Source of the DNA: Acidobacteriota bacterium
Lineage (GTDB): Bacteria > Acidobacteriota > Terriglobia > Bryobacterales > Bryobacteraceae
Length of the DNA stretch: 64,000 nucleotides
Reading direction: 5' to 3'
Assembly: GCA_016870995.1 (NCBI GenBank)
Contig: VFZU01000014.1
Span: 4,815 to 68,814, forward strand
The notes under the pieces were generated by a model that was given only the letters and a program-made list of their open reading frames with translations, was not told the origin of the DNA and ran no database searches. The translations under genes and the position numbers were made by a program. This document shows, piece by piece, positions 36,948 through 46,738 of the stretch (position 1 is the first letter of the stretch; every line of letters starts with the position of its first letter).

Positions 36948-37778
36948 GTGCATTGGCTCATTCCAACCCTGCTGCTTATCGCCGAAACCGTCACGGTGAA
37001 CGGAGGCAAAGTGTCTTATGACACCAAAGGCTCTGGCGCCAACACGATGGTCTTCATCCACGGCTGGGCCGCAGACCGCAGCTTCTTCGACTCGCAGATC
37101 CAGGAATTTTCGAAGACTCACCGGGTGATCGCACTCGATCTCCCAGGTCACGGACAATCTCAGCAAGTCAAGTCCGCAAACATCGACTCCTTCGTTGCAG
37201 CAGTCGAAGCCCTGGCCAGCAAACCTGTCATTCTGGTGGGGCATTCCATGGGCGCCATCGTTGCTCGCGAGTTCGCGCGCCGCAAGCCGAACCACGTCAA
37301 AGGCATCATCCTCGTTGACGGTAGTATTTTCCAATTACCTCCCGGCCAAGCCGACCGAGAGCGCGCCATGGAGAGTTTTCATCGACTCGCGAAGTCTTTC
37401 GGCCCTTCAAGCGAGAAGCCGATCCGCGAGCGGCAAATCAGTGTATTCCTCTCCAACCTCTACGCCGACTCGACACCTCGCGAATTACAGATGTCGGTGC
37501 TTCGCAAAGTGCTAGCGACATCGCCGGAAACAGCTGAATCTGCCATGTACTCCATCGGAGATCTTCGCTACTGGTCTGACGATAAACTCAACTGCCCTGT
37601 TCTGGCTCTTCGCGCAGGCAAGCAACAACCGCCAAACGACGAAGCCTATCTCCGCTCCATCTTCCCGAAGCTCACCTATCAATTCATGCCCGGTCTGAGC
37701 CACTTCCTGATGATGGAGCAACCTGCAAAAGTCAATTCTGAAATTCGCACATTTCTGAAAGCGAGCAAACTCGAATGA
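36948..37778 (+). CDS. Secreted alpha/beta hydrolase
   Basis: FIHGW, DLPGHG, GHSMG, SHFLMME. Confidence 0.88.
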   Translation: MHWLIPTLLLIAETVTVNGGKVSYDTKGSGANTMVFIHGWAADRSFFDSQIQEFSKTHRVIALDLPGHGQSQQVKSANIDSFVAAVEALASKPVILVGHSMGAIVAREFARRKPNHVKGIILVDGSIFQLPPGQADRERAMESFHRLAKSFGPSSEKPIRERQISVFLSNLYADSTPRELQMSVLRKVLATSPETAESAMYSIGDLRYWSDDKLNCPVLALRAGKQQPPNDEAYLRSIFPKLTYQFMPGLSHFLMMEQPAKVNSEIRTFLKASKLE

Positions 37779-38140
37779 GTCTCATCATCCGCTGGGCCGC
37801 CAGTGCCATCGCGCTCTTTCTCGTCACAAAGCTTGTCGGCGGCGTCTACGTCGATGGCATCATGGCAACGATCATCGCTGCCCTGGCTATTGGCCTTGTC
37901 AACGCGACATTGGGCAGCCTCATCAAGCTTCTGACGCTCCCCATTGGTTGCCTCACTCTAGGCATCTCGGGCATTGTGATCAATGCTTTGATGTTCTGGG
38001 TTGCATCTGCAATCGTGCCTAGCTTCCACGTCAATGGGTTTATCCCAGCGCTGCTCGGTTCGATCGCTATGTCTCTTGTTGGTGCCGCTGTGAACTTCCT
38101 GTTGCAGCAGGTGTTCACGAGCGACAACAAAGAGAAGTAA
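37775..38140 (+). CDS. 4-TM phage holin family IV (YvlD-like) membrane protein
   Basis: GLVNATLG..IKLLTLPI..LTLG...VINALMF pattern. Confidence 0.85.
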   Translation: MSLIIRWAASAIALFLVTKLVGGVYVDGIMATIIAALAIGLVNATLGSLIKLLTLPIGCLTLGISGIVINALMFWVASAIVPSFHVNGFIPALLGSIAMSLVGAAVNFLLQQVFTSDNKEK

Positions 38141-38142
38141 AC

Positions 38143-38784
38143 CTAGCTTTCGCGAATCCGAATTTTACGGAATTCCACACGTGTGCCGTGCCCGAGGAAT
38201 CCGATATGGCCGCTCTTGCGAGACAGCCCCGGATGTTTCTTCAGCACGGCTTCGTCTTTTACAGAATCCAGATCTACATCCGTGACTACGACGTCGTTCA
38301 AAGTCACCTTGATTTTTCGGCCCTTGGCTTGAATCTCATAAGTGTTCCAGACGCCATCGCGCTTCACGTGTCCGCTCTTGGCTGCAAACACATCGTAGAC
38401 CGACCCCGTCATCTGAGTTGGCTTCAGCCCGGCACCTTTCTTGTACTTCTCTGAGGCCTCATCAAGCACCTGAATTTCCATGCCAACGTAAGCCGCGTCG
38501 CCTTCGAGCGGGGCCCGAATCCCTATGCCGTTGTTGCCGCCATCCCATAGGCGCCACTCCAGTCGCAAAGTGAAATCCGAATACTCTTTTACGGTATACA
38601 GATTGCCGCCGCCATCCTGCGGGCAAACGATCACGTCATTCTCAACGACGTACCCTTTTCCGCGCCCCCCAACCAGCTTCCAACCGGTCAAATCTTTTCC
38701 ATTAAACAAAGAGGTAAAACCCTTTTCCTGCGCAGACAACAATTGAGCCCCAGCGAGGGTAATTACAAAGTCACGTCGGTTCAT
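38143..38784 (-). CDS. DUF1080 protein with twin-arginine signal
   Basis: MNRRDFVI; [40 protein letters not shown]. Confidence 0.9.
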   Translation of the reverse strand: MNRRDFVITLAGAQLLSAQEKGFTSLFNGKDLTGWKLVGGRGKGYVVENDVIVCPQDGGGNLYTVKEYSDFTLRLEWRLWDGGNNGIGIRAPLEGDAAYVGMEIQVLDEASEKYKKGAGLKPTQMTGSVYDVFAAKSGHVKRDGVWNTYEIQAKGRKIKVTLNDVVVTDVDLDSVKDEAVLKKHPGLSRKSGHIGFLGHGTRVEFRKIRIRES

Positions 38785-38813
38785 ATGGGGAGATTATCAA
38801 ACATTCTTTAACT

Positions 38814-38822
38814 TGATAGAAT
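38814..38822 (+). promoter_or_regulatory. Extended -10 element (TGaTAGAAT)
   Basis: 7 nt before ATG 38830. A mirror TGaTAATCT on the minus strand precedes ATG 38784. Confidence 0.6.
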
Positions 38823-38829
38823 TTCACTT

Positions 38830-41800
38830 ATGATTCGCTGGTGTTTTTTGCTTCTGGCCCTGCCACTGCTCGGCCAGCAAGACGGTGCAGAATTCTTCGA
38901 AAAGAATATAAGGCCCTTGTTCATCGCGAAATGCCTTGGATGCCATTCTGCCGCAAGCCAGCCGATCATGGGCGCTCTTCGCCTCGACACTCGGGAAGCT
39001 CTCCTCAAGGGGGGCAGTCGCGGGGCCGCTGTCAACTTCACCAATCCTCAAGAAAGCCTGCTTCTCAAGGTGGTTCTCCACACTGCGGGCCCTCTCAAGA
39101 TGCCTCCGGGCCCTAAGCTGAAAGATGCCGAGGCAGCCCTGATTGCGCAGTGGATCTCTATGGGCGCCCCCTACGGAAGCGCTGCTGTCGTTAGCAGCAA
39201 CAAGAAGTTCTGGTCTCTAGTTCCGCCGACGGATCCCAAAGTTCCCCAAGTCAAAAATTCCGCATGGGTTCGTTCACCAATCGACGCCTTCATTCTTTCG
39301 TCACTCGAAGCCAAGGGTCTCTCGCCAGCGAAACCCGCTGATCGACGCACTTTGATCCGCCGCGTCACTTACGACCTCACTGGTCTTCCGCCCACACCGG
39401 CGGAAGTGGACAACTTCCTCAACGACCAATCACCCGAAGCTTATGCGAAGCTGGTCGATCGCCTGCTTGCTTCGCCCCGTTACGGTGAACGCTGGGGCCG
39501 CCACTGGCTCGATGTTGCCCGCTACGCCGACTCCAATGGCCTCGACGAAAACCTCGTGTACAAGAACGCGTTCCGTTATCGCGATTACGTCATCAACGCT
39601 TTCAATCAGGACAAGCCTTTCAATCAGTTCATACACGAACAACTCGCCGGCGACCTCCTCCCTCCCACCAACGATCTCAAACAACAATTCGAACGCTGGA
39701 CCGCCACCGGCTTCCTGAGTCTCGGCGCGAAGATGCTCGCCGAAGACGACCCCATGAAGATGCAAATGGATATCGTCGACGAACAGCTCGACACCACAGC
39801 CAAAGCCTTCATGGGCCTCACCGTCGGTTGCGCCCGCTGTCACGATCACAAGTTCGATCCCATCCCCACCGCTGATTATTACGCTCTCGGCGGCATCTTC
39901 AAAAGCACCCGCACCATGGACCACTTCAAGGTTGTCGCCAAGTGGCACGAGCACGTCCTCGCCCCCAAGGAAGATCGCGACCGCCTCGCCGCCCACGAAG
40001 CAAAACTCGAAGCCAAGCGCAAGCAAATCGCAGACCTCACCAAAGAGGAAAACAAGAAGCTCACCGACCGTGAGCATCAGCGCATCGGCGCATACCTCCG
40101 CGCCGCCCGCGAAGTCATCGAAGGCGACAAGGTCCGCATCGCCCCGGTCGAAGACGATCCCGCCGCCCTCACCCTCAATGCAACCACAGCCACCAAGGGC
40201 GAAAAGACACTCGACTTCACTCTAGAAATCCCTAAGGCCGGCAACTACCAGCTCGACCTTCTCAACGAAGAAAAAGCCGCCGGCACCTCCGACATTTACG
40301 TCAACGGCACTTGGCACAAACAAGGCGATTTTCCCATCGAAAACCGCGTCGCCTCACCGGAATCAAAAGGCTGGAGGTACATCGCCATCGTCCCCCTCCG
40401 CCAAGGCTCAAACACCATCCGATTCGAACATCGCACAAAGACTCCCAAGTTCGACAAGCTTCTCCTCGCCCTCCACACCGGCCCCTACACACCGCCCACC
40501 ATCGTCCAGGCCGCCACCAAACACCAAGTCAATCCCAGCATCCTCGACGAACTCCTCTACTACTTCGAGCAATCCCAAGCCGCCTCCTCCTCCGTCTTCC
40601 ACGATTGGGAACTCAACCCGCGCGACGAACTCGTCCCCCAATACGAACAGCAATTCAAAGACGCCCTCCTCGCCGGCAAGGACACCAAGGACCCAAAACT
40701 CAAAGCCGCCTATGACTTCCTTAACGAGAAGTTCAGCCCCTTCCGCGCCCCAGACAGTCCCTGCCGCTACTTCCCCTCTGAGGTCCAAGCTCGACTCAAA
40801 CATCTGGACGACGAGGTCAAAGAGATCGTTGCCGCCACCCCTGACTTCCCCAAAGCCATGGGCGTCGACGACTACCAGAAGGCCGAAGACATCCCCATAC
40901 ACATCCGCGGCAGCCACTGGAATCTCGGCGCCAAAACGCCTCGCGGAGTCCTCACCGCCATCAATACAAAATTCGAAGCCACCCTCGACGACAAGCGCAG
41001 CGGCCGCCTCGATCTTGCCCAATGGCTCACGAAAAAAGACCATCCCCTCACCAGCCGCGTCCTGGTCAATCGCATCTGGCGCGGCCACTTCGGCCGCGGC
41101 ATCGTCTCCAGCGTCGACAACTTTGGCCGCCTCGGCGACAAGCCATCCCACCCTGAACTCCTCGATTGGCTCGCCCTCAACTTCATCGACAACAGCTGGT
41201 CGATGAAATCCATGCACCGCCTGATCCTCCTCTCGAGCACCTATCAAATGAGCAGCGATCACAACCCCAAGGCCGTCGAAACCGATCCCGAAAACATCTA
41301 CCTCTGGCGCATGCCCCGGCGCCGCCTGGAAGCCGAAGCCATCCGCGACGCCGTCATGAGCGCCTCCGGCGGCATCACCTTCGACATGGGCGGCAGCCTC
41401 CTCAAATACAAAGACCGCCAGTACGTCGCCAACACCTCCAAGGGCAGCGACGTCGATTACGACCGTCCGCTTCGCGCCGTCTACATCCCCGTGCTCCGCA
41501 GTTCCATGTACGACGTCTTCTCCGCTTTCGATCTCCCCGATCCCACGATGTCCAACGGCGACCGCGATTCCACCATCGTCGCCCCCCAAGCCCTCTTTAT
41601 GATGAACAGCTCTGTCATCCTCAAGCACAGCCTCAAGATGGCCGAGTCTCTCAAACCCCTCGAACCGCAGCAGCGTATCGCCGCCGCCTACGAGCGCGCC
41701 CTTTCACGGCCTCCCACCAATCAGGAAGTCGATCAAGCCCTCACCTACATCGCTAAAATGCAAAAGGAGTGGAACGGAGACGAACTCAAAGCCTGGCAGA

Positions 41801-41850
41801 GCTTCTGTAAATCCCTGCTCGCCTCAAGTGAATTTATCTACCTCAACTAA
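38830..41850 (+). CDS. Planctomycete cytochrome c / DUF1549 / DUF1553 (PSD1) protein
   Basis: FFEKNIRPL, CLGCH, PIDAFI, YGERWGRHWLDVARY, CARCHDHKFDP, HPELLDWLA, RRLEAEAIRD, PQALFMMN. Confidence 0.93.
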   Translation: MIRWCFLLLALPLLGQQDGAEFFEKNIRPLFIAKCLGCHSAASQPIMGALRLDTREALLKGGSRGAAVNFTNPQESLLLKVVLHTAGPLKMPPGPKLKDAEAALIAQWISMGAPYGSAAVVSSNKKFWSLVPPTDPKVPQVKNSAWVRSPIDAFILSSLEAKGLSPAKPADRRTLIRRVTYDLTGLPPTPAEVDNFLNDQSPEAYAKLVDRLLASPRYGERWGRHWLDVARYADSNGLDENLVYKNAFRYRDYVINAFNQDKPFNQFIHEQLAGDLLPPTNDLKQQFERWTATGFLSLGAKMLAEDDPMKMQMDIVDEQLDTTAKAFMGLTVGCARCHDHKFDPIPTADYYALGGIFKSTRTMDHFKVVAKWHEHVLAPKEDRDRLAAHEAKLEAKRKQIADLTKEENKKLTDREHQRIGAYLRAAREVIEGDKVRIAPVEDDPAALTLNATTATKGEKTLDFTLEIPKAGNYQLDLLNEEKAAGTSDIYVNGTWHKQGDFPIENRVASPESKGWRYIAIVPLRQGSNTIRFEHRTKTPKFDKLLLALHTGPYTPPTIVQAATKHQVNPSILDELLYYFEQSQAASSSVFHDWELNPRDELVPQYEQQFKDALLAGKDTKDPKLKAAYDFLNEKFSPFRAPDSPCRYFPSEVQARLKHLDDEVKEIVAATPDFPKAMGVDDYQKAEDIPIHIRGSHWNLGAKTPRGVLTAINTKFEATLDDKRSGRLDLAQWLTKKDHPLTSRVLVNRIWRGHFGRGIVSSVDNFGRLGDKPSHPELLDWLALNFIDNSWSMKSMHRLILLSSTYQMSSDHNPKAVETDPENIYLWRMPRRRLEAEAIRDAVMSASGGITFDMGGSLLKYKDRQYVANTSKGSDVDYDRPLRAVYIPVLRSSMYDVFSAFDLPDPTMSNGDRDSTIVAPQALFMMNSSVILKHSLKMAESLKPLEPQQRIAAAYERALSRPPTNQEVDQALTYIAKMQKEWNGDELKAWQSFCKSLLASSEFIYLN

Positions 41851-41854
41851 CGCC

Positions 41855-43237
41855 ATGATCCACAAGCCATCCCGTCGCGACCTTCTTCGAAACACCGCCA
41901 CCGGCTTCGGCAATCTCGCCCTCGCCGCTCTGCTCCAAGGCTCTAGCACAGACCCCCTCGCCGTCCGCGCCCCCCACTACCCGGCCAAGGCCAAGCGCGT
42001 AATCTTCCTCTTCATGCACGGCGGCCCGTCCCAGGTCGACACCTTCGATTACAAGCCCCTCCTCAAGCGCGACCACGGCAAGCCTCTCCCCTTCGCCCGC
42101 CCCAAAGTTGTCTCCGGCCAGACCTTCAACCTCCTGCAATCCCCCTGGGCCTTCAAGCAATACGGCCAAAGCGGAGCCTGGGTCAGCGACCTTTTCCCCG
42201 AGCTCGCCAAATGCGTCGACGACATGTGCTTCATTAAATCGATGCACGGCTCCAATTCCCGACACGGCGGCGCGCTCCTCGAACTCCACACCGGCTCGGA
42301 CACTTTCATCCGCCCCAGCATGGGCTCCTGGGTCACCTACGGGCTCGGCACCGAGAACGCCTCCATGCCCGGCTTCCTCACCATCTGCCCTACCCAGTCC
42401 CATGGCGGCGCGAACAACTTCGGCTCGGCCTTCCTCCCCGCCCCCTATGCCGGCACCGCGATTGGCTCCGTCGGCATCCCTTCGAAAGAAGCCCGCATCC
42501 CCTTCATCTCCAACTCCGAAACTCCACGCAACATCCAGCGCCAGGAGATCGACTACACCCAAGTCCTCAACCGCAAGCAACTCGAACTCACCGGCCCGGA
42601 CCGCGCCCTCGAAGGTCGCATCGAAAGCTTCGAGCTCGCCTTCCGCATGCAGTCGGAAGCCCCTGGCCTCCAGGACATCTCCAACGAATCCGAAGCCACT
42701 CGCAAGCTCTACGGCCTCGACAACCCGGTCACCGAAGACTTCGGGCGCCAATGCCTCATGGCCCGCCGCTTCTCTGAAAAAGGCGTCCGCTTCGTTCAGG
42801 TCAGCCACACCTACAAGTGGGATCAACACGCCAACCTGAAGCGCGACCACACCAGTAACGCCGCCGAAGTCGACCTCCCCATCGCCGGCCTCCTCAAGGA
42901 CCTCAAGTCCCGCGGCCTCCTCAAAGACACCTTGGTGCTCTGGGCTGGCGAATTTGGTCGAACCCCCACCGCCGAAGGCTCCGATGGTCGCGACCACAAC
43001 CCGGAGGCATTCACGATCTGGATGGCGGGCGGCGGCGTCAAGCCTGGCCTATCGTATGGCGCCACCGACGATTACGGCTACTACTCGGTCGAGAAGAAAG
43101 TTCACTTTCACGACCTCCACGCGACGATCCTGCATCTCCTTGGCCTTGACCACTTAAAACTCACTTATCGCTACGCTGGCCGCGACTTCCGGCTCACCGA
43201 CGTCCACGGCAACGTCGTCCACGACATCATTGCCTGA
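41855..43237 (+). CDS. DUF1501 protein (twin-arginine signal)
   Basis: SRRDLL; AKRVIFLFMHGGPSQVDTFD, GRQCLMARR, EFGRTP, GRDH, HDLHATILHLLG; canonical partner of DUF1549/1553. Confidence 0.93.
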   Translation: MIHKPSRRDLLRNTATGFGNLALAALLQGSSTDPLAVRAPHYPAKAKRVIFLFMHGGPSQVDTFDYKPLLKRDHGKPLPFARPKVVSGQTFNLLQSPWAFKQYGQSGAWVSDLFPELAKCVDDMCFIKSMHGSNSRHGGALLELHTGSDTFIRPSMGSWVTYGLGTENASMPGFLTICPTQSHGGANNFGSAFLPAPYAGTAIGSVGIPSKEARIPFISNSETPRNIQRQEIDYTQVLNRKQLELTGPDRALEGRIESFELAFRMQSEAPGLQDISNESEATRKLYGLDNPVTEDFGRQCLMARRFSEKGVRFVQVSHTYKWDQHANLKRDHTSNAAEVDLPIAGLLKDLKSRGLLKDTLVLWAGEFGRTPTAEGSDGRDHNPEAFTIWMAGGGVKPGLSYGATDDYGYYSVEKKVHFHDLHATILHLLGLDHLKLTYRYAGRDFRLTDVHGNVVHDIIA

Positions 43238-43308
43238 CAGGTTCGCGAAGTAAGCATTCAAAACATTTTCGGGAACGTTTGTCGGATTCATTCGTAAGAA
43301 CCCTTAGC

Positions 43309-44223
43309 ATGCTCCGCCGCCACTTTCTCTGCGCCCCAGCGCTCCTTGCTCAGATCAAGGTCGAGGTCAACCTCGTCAATGTTCCCTTCACGGTTCGCGA
43401 CGAAAGCGGCAAATGGATTACGAACCTCTCGGCGAATGATTTCGATGTTTTCGAAGATGGCATCCAGCAGAAAGTATCTTTCTTCTCCCGCGCCTCCGAG
43501 TCACCCCTCTCCATCGCTGTCGTCGCGGACGTCTCCGGCTCCCAGGAAGAGTTCCTAAAAGACCACCGCCGCGATCTTCGAGACTTCCTCAAAACCGTCA
43601 TTACCAACCGCGACCAGGCCGCCCTGGTTTGTTTTGGAAACAGCATCCGCCTGGCCTCCCCCTTCCAGGGAAATGTCGACCGCTTTGACGAAGCGCTCAA
43701 GGATTACCAGAAAGGGAAGAACATCTCCCAATACGCGAAAATTGCCGAGCCAGAAATTCGCAGCGGCGGCACCGCTTTTTACGACGCAATCGTCGCCGCC
43801 AGCGCTCAACTCAAAGAACAACAGGGCCGCCGCGCGATGCTGATCTTCTCCGATGGCGAAGATAACTCAAGCGCTCGGAACCTGATGGATGCCGTGGAAC
43901 TCGCGCAGCTAGCCGGCGTTACGGTCTTCTCTCTCCGCTACACAGAAATTAAGAAGGGCGTCTGGACAGCTCGCAACAAGTATGGTCGCTCTGTCATGTC
44001 CAGGCTCGCCATCGAAACCGGCGGCCTCGAATTCGATGCTGGGGAGTCAAGCGACCTCCGCGATTCCTTCCGTCAGATCGCCGATCTCCTCCGCGCCTCC
44101 TACGATCTCGCCTACCAGAGCTCCCAATCCGAGCGCGACAACACCTTCCGCAAGATTCGTATCCGTGCCAAACAACCCGGCCTGATCACGCGCCACAAAT
44201 CTGGCTACTACGCCCGCCCCTAA
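43309..44223 (+). CDS. Acidobacterial VWA-domain protein
   Basis: VNLVNVPFTV, EDG..Q, DVSGS MIDAS, GTAFYDA, IFSDGED, ETGG, YDLAY. Confidence 0.9.
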   Translation: MLRRHFLCAPALLAQIKVEVNLVNVPFTVRDESGKWITNLSANDFDVFEDGIQQKVSFFSRASESPLSIAVVADVSGSQEEFLKDHRRDLRDFLKTVITNRDQAALVCFGNSIRLASPFQGNVDRFDEALKDYQKGKNISQYAKIAEPEIRSGGTAFYDAIVAASAQLKEQQGRRAMLIFSDGEDNSSARNLMDAVELAQLAGVTVFSLRYTEIKKGVWTARNKYGRSVMSRLAIETGGLEFDAGESSDLRDSFRQIADLLRASYDLAYQSSQSERDNTFRKIRIRAKQPGLITRHKSGYYARP

Positions 44224-45929
44224 GGCGTGCAAGCCTGCCCGGGCGCAACTCCAAACGTCGCCTTGCCTCGCAACACGTTCATCGTCGCGTCGCCGTTCTG
44301 ACAACGCAATCGATACACTACGGCCTCTTTGCCGTCGAAAGACACGACATCCCCGAGCGAACAGGCACCAAACGGTGTGGACTTGGCCTGCAACTCGGCC
44401 GCCGCCCTTAATTCAGCGCCTGGATTCTTTACCCCGTTAAACCGCAACATCTGCACCTTGGGCGGCTGTGTTGGCGCCAGCGTAAAAGTCACATCTACGC
44501 GCCCCTCCTTACAGCCAAGAGCAAACGTCCCCCGCAACCAATTCTCAGGCTTCAGATCCCTGCTTGGCTGGCACTCTGTAAACTCGCTTTTCAGATCCGC
44601 AACAGACTTGCGGTACAGTTCCACTGGAAAATCCAAAAACAGATTGTCTGCAGCAATCGCGTCCAACTTACGATCGCTCCAGGAACCCCACAAATCGACC
44701 AGCGCCTTCTGAGTGGAAAGCAAAACGGGCGACACCGGCAACTCTCGAGGTTGCAACGCCCCTGTGCCTGACATCAATTCGAGCGCCTGCCGCATCGGTG
44801 CTGACGGGCCTGAATACGTCAGATTCGCCATGGCAAACATCCCAACGCCGTACTCAGGCAACCACATCATGTATGACCCAAACCCGGGCAAACCACCACC
44901 ATGGGCGACAATCCTTGAAAACCGGCAATCCCTGCTGACCGACAAGCCGTACCCATAACCGCCCGCACCTCCACGCACTCCGCCTCCCGTACTTGAAGCC
45001 GCCGAGAATCCAGAAGTTCTCCATACGCGCTGCATCTCTCGAACCGAGCTGCGCTTCACAGGGCCCGCTTCGGCATCATCCCGAGCAGGCTCCGCCGCCA
45101 GATGAAACGCTACATACTTTGCCATGTCTCGCGCCGTCGTCACCAGCCCTCCCATCGCTCCAAACGATCCATGCTCGAGAGACGGAATCATAAAGTACTT
45201 TCCATCTCGCATCCCATACCCCAAAGCCACCCGATCCCCGGGCACCTTCGATGGAGAAAGCGTCGTCGATGTCATCCCCAACGGCCGCAAGATCTCGCGA
45301 TCCAGATACTGCTCGTAGCTGATTCCCGAGGCCTTCGCAACGATTCTCCCCAACAAAGCAAACCCATAGTTCGAATACTCGTAGCTCGAATCCGGCACGG
45401 TCGAGAAAGGAATCCCCCGGTCCACCCATTTCCCCATCTCCGCATCGGGGATCGCCAGTTGCCGGTCGCCCCACGGATTGTCTTCTGGAAATCCTGCTCC
45501 GTGCGTCAACAGCTGCAGCACCGTAATCGCCCTGCTATCCCGTGTAGGCAACTTCATCGATCCCAGTTCACGCACCCACTTCGAAGCGGCGTCGTCCAGC
45601 GACAACTTGCCAGCATCCCGCAACTTCAAAATCGCTAGCGCCGTGAAGCTCTTCGTCATCGACGCGATGCGGAATCCCGTATCCGCCGTTACCGCGGCCT
45701 TCGAATCCATTTCACGAATTCCCATCGCTTTCACATGCACCAGCTCCCCATCAATCACCACGCCGTAAACCAGCCCTGGCACCTTGCGGGTCTGGAAGTA
45801 CGTCTCAAACAACCCATCCACCTTCGGCAGCACCGCTATCAGTTTCTGCTTCCGCTCAAGGTCTGCAAACCTTGGTGCCTGCCCCAGGCCCAATCCCAAA
45901 AACACGCAAAACAGAAAAGCGAATTTCAT
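44220..45929 (-). CDS. Serine hydrolase (beta-lactamase class C family) with C-terminal extension
   Basis: Signal peptide MKFAFLF; IASMTK (SxxK), YSNYG, HGGGLPG. Confidence 0.9.
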   Translation of the reverse strand: MKFAFLFCVFLGLGLGQAPRFADLERKQKLIAVLPKVDGLFETYFQTRKVPGLVYGVVIDGELVHVKAMGIREMDSKAAVTADTGFRIASMTKSFTALAILKLRDAGKLSLDDAASKWVRELGSMKLPTRDSRAITVLQLLTHGAGFPEDNPWGDRQLAIPDAEMGKWVDRGIPFSTVPDSSYEYSNYGFALLGRIVAKASGISYEQYLDREILRPLGMTSTTLSPSKVPGDRVALGYGMRDGKYFMIPSLEHGSFGAMGGLVTTARDMAKYVAFHLAAEPARDDAEAGPVKRSSVREMQRVWRTSGFSAASSTGGGVRGGAGGYGYGLSVSRDCRFSRIVAHGGGLPGFGSYMMWLPEYGVGMFAMANLTYSGPSAPMRQALELMSGTGALQPRELPVSPVLLSTQKALVDLWGSWSDRKLDAIAADNLFLDFPVELYRKSVADLKSEFTECQPSRDLKPENWLRGTFALGCKEGRVDVTFTLAPTQPPKVQMLRFNGVKNPGAELRAAAELQAKSTPFGACSLGDVVSFDGKEAVVYRLRCQNGDATMNVLRGKATFGVAPGQACTP

Positions 45930-45937
45930 AGCCAACA

Positions 45938-45960
45938 AGTATAGCCACAACGGTTACAAT
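45938..45960. promoter_or_regulatory. Back-to-back -10 elements (TATACT minus 45943-45938; TACAAT plus 45955-45960)
   Basis: 8 nt before ATG 45929 and 7 nt before TTG 45968. Confidence 0.6.
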
Positions 45961-45967
45961 GCAGAGT

Positions 45968-46738
45968 TTGGATATCCTCAGCGCAGTCACCGCTTTCGCC
46001 GCGGCGTTTACAGCAGGTGCAATTAACTCCGTCGCCGGCGGCGGCACCCTTGCCAGCTTCCCCGCCCTCGTTTGGCTCGGCGTCCCGAGTATCACGGCAA
46101 ACGCCACCAACACGGTCGCCATGTGGCTCGGCTCCCTGGGCTCTTTCTGGGGCTACCGCCGTGAAATGAAGGGCCTCAACCAGCGCATGCTGCTGCTGAT
46201 CATCCCCAGTTTCGCGGGCGGTATTCTGGGCGCAATTCTGCTCAAACAAACACCCCCGGGCACCTTCGATCGCCTGGTCCCCATCCTGATCCTGTTTGCG
46301 ACACTTCTCTTCCTCGCCCAGGACCCCATGCAGCGCAAACTAAAATCATCGGATCCCAATGCCCACAACACACCTCTGTGGCTCTATTGCTCGATCGGCT
46401 TCCAGTTCCTTGTCGCCGTCTACGGCGGCTACTTCGGCGCAGGGATCGGTATTCTGATGCTCGCCGCCCTTAGCATCATGGGCCTCACAGACATCCATCA
46501 AATGAACGGGCTCAAGAATATCTATGCGGCCTCGATCAACGGCATCGCGGCGATTTACTTCATCGCCACCGGCCTAGTAGATTGGCCCTTCGCACTGATC
46601 ATGATCGCCGGTGCGATCGCTGGCGGCTATCTCGGCGCCGGCGCGGCCCGTCGCATGGGCCGCACCATCGTGCGTCGTATCGTGATCGCTATCGGCTTCT
46701 CCATGACGATCGCTCTCGCACTCAAGACTTGGCTCTAG
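45968..46738 (+). CDS. Sulfite exporter TauE/SafE family
   Basis: AGAINSVAGGG, ANATN, YGGYFGAGIG, NGLKN. TTG 45968 preferred because it is 7 nt after TACAAT. Confidence 0.9.
   Translation: MDILSAVTAFAAAFTAGAINSVAGGGTLASFPALVWLGVPSITANATNTVAMWLGSLGSFWGYRREMKGLNQRMLLLIIPSFAGGILGAILLKQTPPGTFDRLVPILILFATLLFLAQDPMQRKLKSSDPNAHNTPLWLYCSIGFQFLVAVYGGYFGAGIGILMLAALSIMGLTDIHQMNGLKNIYAASINGIAAIYFIATGLVDWPFALIMIAGAIAGGYLGAGAARRMGRTIVRRIVIAIGFSMTIALALKTWL

Noticed and set aside
37775-38140. Holin-family gene as a prophage marker
   Set aside because: YvlD-like 4-TM proteins are common chromosomal genes; no endolysin, structural or integrase genes nearby.
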